A DNA stretch of 64,000 bases from Macrostomum lignano (lineage: Eukaryota). The stretch is taken from positions 434,001 to 498,000 of the forward strand of contig NIVC01000056.1 of the NCBI GenBank assembly GCA_002269645.1. Reading direction: 5' to 3'. Of the stretch, positions 56,450 through 64,000 are shown piece by piece; the first letter of the stretch is position 1, and every line of letters starts with the position of its first letter. A program made the translations under genes and the position numbers. The notes under the pieces were generated by a model that saw nothing but the letters and a program-made list of their open reading frames with translations, did no database searches and was not told the origin of the DNA.

Positions 56450-57309
56450 CCCGGTACTGGACTGGATTTGAGATTAAATCCAGATGACACTCCAAAAGCT
56501 GATTCAATTCCCATTAATGGCATTGATTGGTTAGCATATTATCATGACTTAGCATACAGAGATGCTGATAATAATTCTCCTGAGGAAGCATTAAGATTAA
56601 AGCATGAAGCTGATAGAAAAATGATTGAGGGATTAGACAATCTACAGGGCTTATCAGTAAGCCAAAGATTAACTAGGTGGATGGTTAAAAAGATCTTGCA
56701 ATCTAAAGTTAAATTTGGTTTGGGAATTAATTACAACCAACATGGAAATAATTGTGTCGAGTGTTTATTATTAAGTGGTGGTGGGTTAAGTTCTGATGAG
56801 GCAAAGGTTCTTCACAAAGAATACCGAAAGCCTAAATTTTATAGAAAAATCATGAACTTCAAAAAGAATGAAATTTGGTATGCTGATTTAATGGCAATGC
56901 CGCCCGATATGGGATATAAATATATTTTAACCATATTAGATGGTTTTACTCGATATGCGTGAGCTGTTCCTTTGAAATCCAAAAAAGGAGAAGAAGTTGC
57001 TTCTGCTTTTAGAAGTCTTGGAGAAAAAAGTGAAAGGTTGTGTGTTGATGAAGGAAAAGAATTTTACAATCATCATATGTATAAATTGTATCATTTTGAA
57101 AAAGGAAAAGAAAGGAAAAAAGACGCGAATGGTGAGTATATTAATAAAATTTATTCTATTTATGGAGAAAGTAAAAACGCACTGATTGAAAGATTTAATC
57201 GAACTTTAGGTAAGAAATTGTGGTTTCAGTTTAGTCTGAATGGTAACCAAAAGTGGGTAAAAATATTACCAGACGTCGTGAAAGATTATAATAATTCATT
57301 TCATTCAGC

Positions 57310-57343
57310 TATCGTTCCTTCGGAACGCGGACTTCGTACGATA
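57310..57343. repeat. Double-hairpin element copy 7 (in-frame in integrase HSAI/KMTP motif)
   Basis: TATC-GTTCC-TTC-GGAAC-GC-GGAC-TTC-GTAC-GATA. Confidence 0.9.
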
Positions 57344-57654
57344 AAGATGACTCCTCAACGAGCTTATAACAACCCTTAAAATGTTAAAGTTACTTTTGGA
57401 TCACTTGAAAAAAAGAAAACTAAACCTTTTAAAGTTGGTGACTCTGTTTATATCTATAAATGGAAAGATAAGTTTGAAAAAGGAAGAAAAGGATATTGGA
57501 AAATAAGTGAAAAATTTACTATCAGTAAAGTTTTAAATACAAATCATACGACCTATATCATTGCCGATAAAGATGGTGAAGAAATATTGGGATCGTTTTA
57601 TGAGAACCAGATATTATCTGCAAGCTAAGCTTGGGCAGATAATGTTAGTTTAAT

Positions 57655-57966
57655 TTAGACTTTTAGTGAATCTAGGGGGTCGTGTTGTGGGAGCTCTTGT
57701 TGTTCTTTTTCTCGTTTACAACACATATTGGGACATATGCATATAATATAGAAAAGTAATGGAATTATTATTAATATTATAGTTGCAATTGATATGATTA
57801 CTATTGAAATTGTCATTTCTGTTTCTTTTTTCGTCTTATTCAATGTATTATTTTGTTGTTTTATGATATCCGTTATTTGATATAAACGAATGCTTGGATA
57901 GCCTATAAATAAAATATAAATTAGAAAAATAAGAATGTGTGTTATATCAGGCTTGCTTTTATCCAT
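57655..57966 (-). CDS. Small protein with two hydrophobic (TM) segments and a Cys-rich tail
   Basis: Two hydrophobic stretches, then CICPNMCC; TAAAAATG start. Confidence 0.65.
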   Translation of the reverse strand: MDKSKPDITHILIFLIYILFIGYPSIRLYQITDIIKQQNNTLNKTKKETEMTISIVIISIATIILIIIPLLFYIICICPNMCCKREKEQQELPQHDPLDSLKV

Positions 57967-58015
57967 TTTTAAGAATAAATTTTAAATAATAATTACTTGA
58001 GGGGGCGATTTATGT

Positions 58016-58324
58016 TTATTTTTTATAATCTGTTATTAAAGTTTTTAATGGTGTTGGATGTTCGTTATATTTATATTTAAATGAGTTAATAATTTGTTCA
58101 AGGTCTAAATACCAAAAATCTATACTTAGTTTCCCATCCTTATAACACCTGTCATTAAGATATTCACTTATTTTTACTTCAACCCTCCTTTCACTTCCAT
58201 ATCGTTTTGGGAATTCAATTTCTAGACCTTTGATTTCATCTGTGGTTAGTGTATATATTTTTACTCCTCGAATTTTGACATATTTTATTAAATCCTTTTT
58301 TATCATCTCTTTGACTTCTGCCAT
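58016..58324 (-). CDS. Polinton hypothetical protein, paralog family (GVKIY motif)
   Basis: IKKDLIKYVKIRGVKIYTLTTDEIKGLE. Confidence 0.65.
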   Translation of the reverse strand: MAEVKEMIKKDLIKYVKIRGVKIYTLTTDEIKGLEIEFPKRYGSERRVEVKISEYLNDRCYKDGKLSIDFWYLDLEQIINSFKYKYNEHPTPLKTLITDYKK

Positions 58325-58726
58325 CTTATTGATAAAATAATTAAGTTATTTTGAAATAACTTAATTGATAAATTATTAAGCTTTTCACAATTACCCTTCT
58401 CTATTCCATGTTTGTTAATATTTTTTAGTGGCGCAAATGAATACTCTTTATATTCAAGATTAGTATCAATATAAAATCCCACTGGATAATGAGTTACTTG
58501 TGTAGGTAGTTGATAATTATTCAAATATGTAACCAAATCAATAACATTATCATCAATATTGCTAATGAACCTTTTATAAGTTTTTTTTAAGTTTCTATTC
58601 TAGTTGCATAATTTCAGATGGTTTTAGTGGATATATTTTTACTCCTTCTAATAGTACAATTTTTATTAAACCATCATTTATCTTCTGTTTTAGATCTTTT
58701 AGCCTTTGATCAATTTTTAATTCCAT
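58303..58726 (-). pseudogene. Disrupted paralog of the 58016 ORF
   Basis: ATG at 58726 gives MELKIDQRLKDLKQKINDGLIKIVLLEGVKIYPLKPSEIMQLE*, continuing after disruption into ORF 58303-58536. Confidence 0.55.
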
Positions 58727-58909
58727 TTTTATGAATAAATTTTTAAATAATTGCTTACTTGAGGCAGCAAGGTAATTAATTTTTTATAACAAATAAAAAC
58801 AATATTATTACTATTATAGTTACTAATATTATTATTGAAATTTGTTCAACTGTTATCAAACTTAAATTTTCATTAAGTTCCTTAACTGGCACGTTTCCGA
58901 TATAGGAAA

Positions 58910-58943
58910 AATCATGCAAAGCATGCGTATCGTTGATGCGATT
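58910..58943. repeat. Double-hairpin element copy 8 (intergenic)
   Basis: AATC-ATGC-AAA-GCAT-GC-GTATC-GTT-GATGC-GATT. Confidence 0.85.
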
Positions 58944-58948
58944 TACCT

Positions 58949-59266
58949 TCATTTTTTAGTTATATTTTTACAGACTCTCCGAATCACTAGTTTCATAAGA
59001 ACTGTTTGTTGATTCGGAATCTGTTGATCTAACCTCCCAATCCTCGAATTTAAATAATCACCAAGTTGAAATATTAACTCTCCCTCTTGTTCTAAATCAT
59101 ACAAACCATCCAACTCTAACGGATAAAGTTTTAGTTCGTGCTTATCGTCATATTTTAAATAAACTTCATCAATTATTCCATTCAATATGTGCTGTTTTAT
59201 TATCACTGCATTCTTAGCAACAGTCTCAAAAGTATCGCTTACTGAAAAGTTGTAAACTCGGTTCAT
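58949..59266 (-). CDS. Polinton hypothetical protein, more distant paralog
   Basis: TAAAAATG at 59266 just inside the TIR (MNRVYNF...ILNGIIDEVYL...KLYPLELDGLYDLE). The longer ORF-track start lies in the TIR and is unlikely. Confidence 0.6.
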   Translation of the reverse strand: MNRVYNFSVSDTFETVAKNAVIIKQHILNGIIDEVYLKYDDKHELKLYPLELDGLYDLEQEGELIFQLGDYLNSRIGRLDQQIPNQQTVLMKLVIRRVCKNITKK

Positions 59267-59274
59267 TTTTAGTA

Positions 59275-59613
59275 ACAGAAAAAGACCCTTTGCGCCTGCG
59301 GCGCGGCCTGGGGTTATAGAGAGTTGGAAGTGTTGGAAGTGTTGGAAGAGTTGGAAGAGTTTGAGTACCATACAAAATTGCCAGCAAACCAAAGCGAACG
59401 ACGAGAGCGTATTCTCATAATTCAATGAGAATTAATCGTTGTAAGTGTGAAATGGGGAGATTGACCGAAATGAAGCGAGGATGAGCGGAGCGAGTTGAGC
59501 GAAGTGAAGACGAGCGGTAATGAAGGGAAATGAGTCATTTCCCACTGATAAAGGGTTAAATTGATTGAATTCTGAGAACGGTTTGCTTGCAATTTTGTAT
59601 AGTATATACTACT
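59275..59613 (-). repeat. Right terminal inverted repeat of the Polinton
   Basis: Reverse complement of 40691-41031. Confidence 0.97.
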
Positions 59614-60639
59614 CACTTAGGCCGCGTAATTCGGCCGCATTGGTAATTTGTGAAGTAGAAACTGTTGGAAAATCCTCAGCCGCCATGGTCCCAAATGGAA
59701 GCCCTAATAAAGTGGAATCTTACCATGGTCGCAGCCGTGAGATCAGAGGCTTGATGTGGAACAAGCAATTTTGTCAATTATTGATTCAAAGATGTGCATA
59801 TTTTAGTTATTCTTTTAGATTTAAATTGGACACCATTTTTTCAATCAATACTAATATCAAGATTGCAGCGTAGGTTGAGATTTTTAATTAGAATTCGCAA
59901 AATTCATGACAAGTTCGATCCCCGATCGCTTACACGGCAGTATGGTTTCCTAGAAAAGAAAACTTCTCTTTGGTAGTATTCTTTCTACGTTTTTAAAGCT
60001 ACTCAGGTGGATATCAAAAGAAAAACTTATTCTATCTATACTACTTTCATAGAAGTAGGAGTAATCTTAGCTTAAAGTTTCTATTTATTTATCCATAACT
60101 CGCAAGACTCACAGTGAATAGCGATATAAATGAATAAATCCAGTTGCACCAGCAGAGATTTTACATCAGTAATAATTACCTCTGCCAGAATTTCCACTGC
60201 GAAAAGATTATTAATAAAATGGACTGAACTGATATTGGTAGAGCCAGGCAATCAGCACTCAACGCAATAATGCCGACCTTAATCCGTGAAGGTACCCAGG
60301 CAATGGAGAGGTACGTGCTTTTTCTAAGCAAACAGCCCGCCTGTTCCAGCCTCTCTCTCTGTCCACTGCTCCCTGTACAAATAGTGGAAGCCAATTATCG
60401 AGATGGGATACATTTGACCGTGGTTTTAATCAGAGCGGGGAGAATCAGCCCCCCGTGGTTGTATGGAACTGCGCTGAACAATCTTTATTATCAAAGCTGA
60501 GCTGCAGCCAACTATTGTAACAGATTCGGTACTACACCATGCCTCGAGGTAAAACCAGCATAATATTTAAAAAGCTGTCTTTATTTAGCTATCTTCATTT
60601 TTATGCACAACTTACTGGCCCTATGTAGAATCCGAGCGT

Positions 60640-63030
60640 TTGTCTGGGCAACGAGAGCAAGTCAAAAATTCAACTACTGATAGCCTCAACTGGATGCAAG
60701 TGGCTCCGCTGGCCAACACGGATGAAGCAGATAGCCCAGCAGAGGTTCCCAAGGCTCTTTCGTGTCTGCAGATGCATCCAGCCTCTTTGATAAACGATAG
60801 CGCACAAAGCAGCTTTAAGAGTGAAAGCAGTAGAAGCGCTGTGAGCTCAACCCAAACTAGCGAAGACCCATTAGAGCTCCAAGAAATGGACGAACTGACA
60901 ACGTCCGTGGCTGCCCTGCCATCAGCTGAGGCGGTGTTTGCCGCCCTGCGAGAGGACAATGCCGCCTACTTCGAGTTCCTCTCGAGTTGCAGTCGCGCAT
61001 CCCTGATTGCCTTCTTTGCTATGCGACTCGGAGACTGGCAGCCGCCCTGGGAACTCGACGATAGTCGGGAAACTGGAAAAGGGGAGATCGATAAGTTCGA
61101 ATTTGCGAATCGTTTTGCAGCCACTCACTGCCATCCGTTGGAAGTGGCCGTTTCGTTCCTGTCGATGAAGTGCACCCGGCTGCTGTGCCTTCGCTTCAGT
61201 TCAATCATACCGACGCCACTGGTGCCAGCGCAACCTCCGCTGATTCACGTGCTGATTGCGCGGGCCGCGACTTCGATTGACTCCGATGGGGAGCAACGCC
61301 GGTGCGCTAGCTTCCTGCGTCAGTTGAGCGACGTAGAACTGTTGACGCGCTCTTTGGACGTCGAGTGCATTCAAACTGGCAGCAACGCTCTCGAGTTTGC
61401 CGTCTTCTTGGGCCAGTTCAGTCTATTCGAGGCCATTTTGAGAAGTTCAAGGTAGTAAATATCATGCTTTTAAATTAATAAGAGTAAGATAACATCTAAA
61501 AATAGCTCGTATGACGCACATGAAGAGCCTTTTATAAGGAAAACTGATTATTTGCACAATATCCGATGCTGCAACTACCAATGCTGCAACTATCCAATGC
61601 TGCAATAGCTGCACTCACCTAATACATTTTGGCAACTCAGGTATTCCAAGGCGATCTCTCAGCACGGTATCGCCAGCCTTTGGAGCCTGGACCTGAGTGA
61701 CTACCACTGGAGCAACGGTGCGAGGTTTCACCGGCACCCTCTGCTCATTCTATGCTTGAAATGGCACCGGAGCCACTCTACATCCACCACAGGATACAAA
61801 AGTACATCTGAGACGGAAGCTATGAAAAGCTTTTTATCTAGTCCTCTAGCTCGCCGTTGGGTGGCAGACATCTTTAGCGAACTCAACTGGCGCTGGCGAT
61901 TCATGATATTGGCTATGCTTTGCATCTTCTTGCTGCTCATAACAGTGGGCACAATCCGTCTATATTCCATTGTCTACCTAAAGGAGTCAGACATGAGCAA
62001 CTTGGACACGCATTTTGAGAAGTGTTTAGGCATCGAATTGATAGTCAGCACGAATCGAAGCCTTTTCCTACGCGAGCTGCTTCGATGGCTTGTGCTGTTT
62101 GTCGACATCTTTGGCATACTTTTATCTGCGGTACTGTTACTGAGTTACTACCACCTACAACGACTCGTGTAAGCAGGGTGACTTGTTGATTTTATGGAAT
62201 GATTTTCGAACGTTATTTTGGTAAAGGGTTCAAAGATTGCCTGTTACGAACCTTTCAGAAATGGGCATGAGTGGTTCTCACAAAGCCGCTGCCGGTCCCT
62301 GTTCAGCTCATGGTGGAATGCGCTGCTGCTAATACTGATGATTTTATTCCCAGTCGAGCTACTGTTTGTGACGCTCTATGTGCGCACGGACTCCTACTTT
62401 GTAGCTGCACCAGTTAACGACTCGGTGCATTTAAACAACGCGGAACGGAACCAAGCTTTCATCGTGATGATTCATAGCATGGTATTCTGCTACTGTTTCG
62501 TCCTCCTGCTGTTCATTGCGTTCTTGGGCAGCGCACTATCTAAGCACTGCTGCCTGCTGGTCAACCTGATGCCATCTTTTTTAATACTCTCAGAGCTCAC
62601 TCTTCTGACTGTTTGCATCTACAGTTGGCTGTTCATCTTCATGATGCCGTGTGAGCCAGCGTTCACAAGCTATTCAACTTCCAGCTGGCTGTCCACCCTG
62701 ATCGGCGTGTTTCAGATCACGTTCTCACCGAGCCTGTCGCTTCCTGGTTACCAAAGCATGTCAATTGTCTACATATTGTACTACATCATTGTTTCAATAT
62801 TTCTATTCAACTTTATGATCGCCCTGCTGTCTGACCGGGTTGCCAGAATCAGCTCTGACCTGGACTTTCGATTCGACATGACCCGCCTGCTGCACGCGTT
62901 CGCCTCGCAGAGTCTGAGCCGCTGGATCCGGTCGCGGGTTCGCTCCGTGTTTAGACGAAATCGAGGGCAAGAGTTGGAGTTGGATGAAAGCGAATATCGG
63001 CTAGATGTTTTGATGCCGAATTTTGATTAA
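60640..63030 (+). CDS. Divergent TRP(V)-like ion channel, exons ~60640-61451, 61641-~62168, ~62227-63030
   Basis: Ankyrin-like TGSNALEFAVFLG, about six hydrophobic segments, and a pore/S6-like IGVFQITF...YYIIVSIFLFNFMIALLSDRV. Family assignment is by resemblance. Confidence 0.65.
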
Positions 63031-64000
63031 AGTGTGGAAAGAAACACCACAAGCACTTCTCAGGAGCTAGCTCGTACATGTCTATCAATAACGTTGATTA
63101 ACTGTTTCAGGTTATTGTGCTCGACACATTGTTGAACGAACGAACGAAAACGATTGTTATCGACAAGTTTGTTGAAAAAAAAATTAAAAACAGAACTCTG
63201 CTTGATTGTCGGTCTGCCGTAGAATTTTTGAAAAATAGCTTGATAAACCTGTGAGAGCAACTCAAGAAGAGACGCAAACTTGCGTCATTTGAATTTCCAG
63301 AAGCTGAGATATTGGGAAGTCGGTATAAAAAAGACAAAAACTTACTTCCTATTTTGCTAACGCATTCTGCAGATGATGCATACTGCTAGTAGTAGTAGAG
63401 TGGAATGAAAGTTTCTTCGGAATAAATAAACACCTATTAACAAACCGCATCCTACCGCAGGGTAGCTGTCTCGAGGCAAACATTTAGGTGCGAGCGTAAG
63501 CGGCCGCTTTGTTGTTACAGATTAACTCGATGGTCTCGACCGTTATGTAAACGGAGAAAGGTACTCAGATTAACTGATACAGGCCTAATTAAGTAAATTA
63601 ACCAGTTTAAAAAAGTTAGTGAAGAAAAGTTAGAGTTACCACCAATAAGTGACTGACCGCAATTGCAGCTGTTTATAGCGTATTTAAATCCCTAACTGAA
63701 AAGAGGGAATAGTACGAAAACCAAAGTAATATTAGATGATGGAACACCATTTATTTTTTTCATTTAAAATGAATAACATACGAGCGTAGAAAAGGGCGGC
63801 AAATCTTGGCATATGAATTATGGCAAATCTTGGATAAATGATGGAAATTCTTAGAAATGAACAATAATACGCAAATTTACGAGTAAAGAAAAGATGTGTT
63901 TCTACACTGCTTTGATCGTAAAATTATTCATGTCTATTGGCTATTGGTAAAATTTCTTTGTTTAAATTTCGACATGGTACAGTACCTATCCTTCGTATGC

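Larger units (their letters stand above)
56024..57628 (+). pseudogene. PLA2 (parvovirus VP1u-like)-integrase fusion gene, interrupted by a group I intron; two in-frame stops (56960, 57377)
   Basis: Exon 1 56024-56149 ends ELHIPGYSYAG. Exon 2 from 56450 reads PGTGLDLRL...INGIDWLAYYHDLAY, then rve integrase WYADL...LTILDGFTRYA*AVPLKSK...DEGKEF...IERFNRTL, and C-terminal FKVGD...GSFYE. All parts are in one frame. Confidence 0.93.
40691..59613. mobile_element. Polinton/Maverick (adintovirus-like) endogenous virus, full length, 18.9 kb, partly decayed
   Basis: Starts AGTAGTATATAC at 40691 and ends GTATATACTACT at 59613. CACTTA is duplicated at 40685-40690 and 59614-59619 (6-bp TSD). ~340-bp TIRs. 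AT-rich and free of spliceosomal introns. Encodes pPolB, integrase, ATPase, cysteine protease and capsid proteins. Confidence 0.98.

Noticed and set aside
56411-56962. ORF-track GTG start MCSSLFRK as a real gene start
   Set aside because: It lies inside the intron's P7/P9. The true start is ATG 56024 with the TAAAAATG context.
42976-57379. Alternative genetic code suggested by in-frame TAA/TAG/TGA in PolB, MCP, protease and integrase (including TGA at a Trp position)
   Set aside because: All three stops also end intact ORFs, Trp is normally TGG, long ORFs lack internal stops, and the clustered MCP stops resolve as a pair of frameshifts. Decay or sequencing error is simpler.
58949-59425. 158-aa ORF starting inside the right TIR
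   Set aside because: The N-terminal part is TIR sequence. The likelier start is ATG 59266.

Overview
Animal (metazoan) genomic DNA, rich in minisatellites, with scattered spliced host genes: TP53I11-like, Vsx homeobox, an Ig-domain membrane protein, a LicD/fukutin-like transferase, a fibrinogen-domain exon, an ankyrin-repeat gene and a TRP-like channel. The style suggests a Macrostomum-like flatworm, which I cannot confirm. The main feature is a full-length but decaying 18.9-kb Polinton/Maverick (adintovirus-like) endogenous virus at 40691-59613, with ~340-bp TIRs, AGTAGT...ACTACT ends and a perfect 6-bp TSD (CACTTA). It encodes pPolB, major and minor capsid, packaging ATPase, adenain protease, a fibre, and a PLA2-integrase fusion. 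Three unusual things sit inside it. (1) A 300-nt group IC1 self-splicing-type intron interrupts the Gly-Pro codons of the PLA2 Ca-binding loop. (2) Directly upstream is an Eco47II/Sau96I-like (GGNCC-type) endonuclease gene with no methylase; the element looks depleted of GGNCC and Gly-Pro, and the intron splits the one GGNCC forced by the PLA2 motif. (3) At least 8 copies of a 30-bp double-hairpin element with covarying stems are present, four inserted in-frame into viral proteins. All calls come from manual reading; no searches were run.
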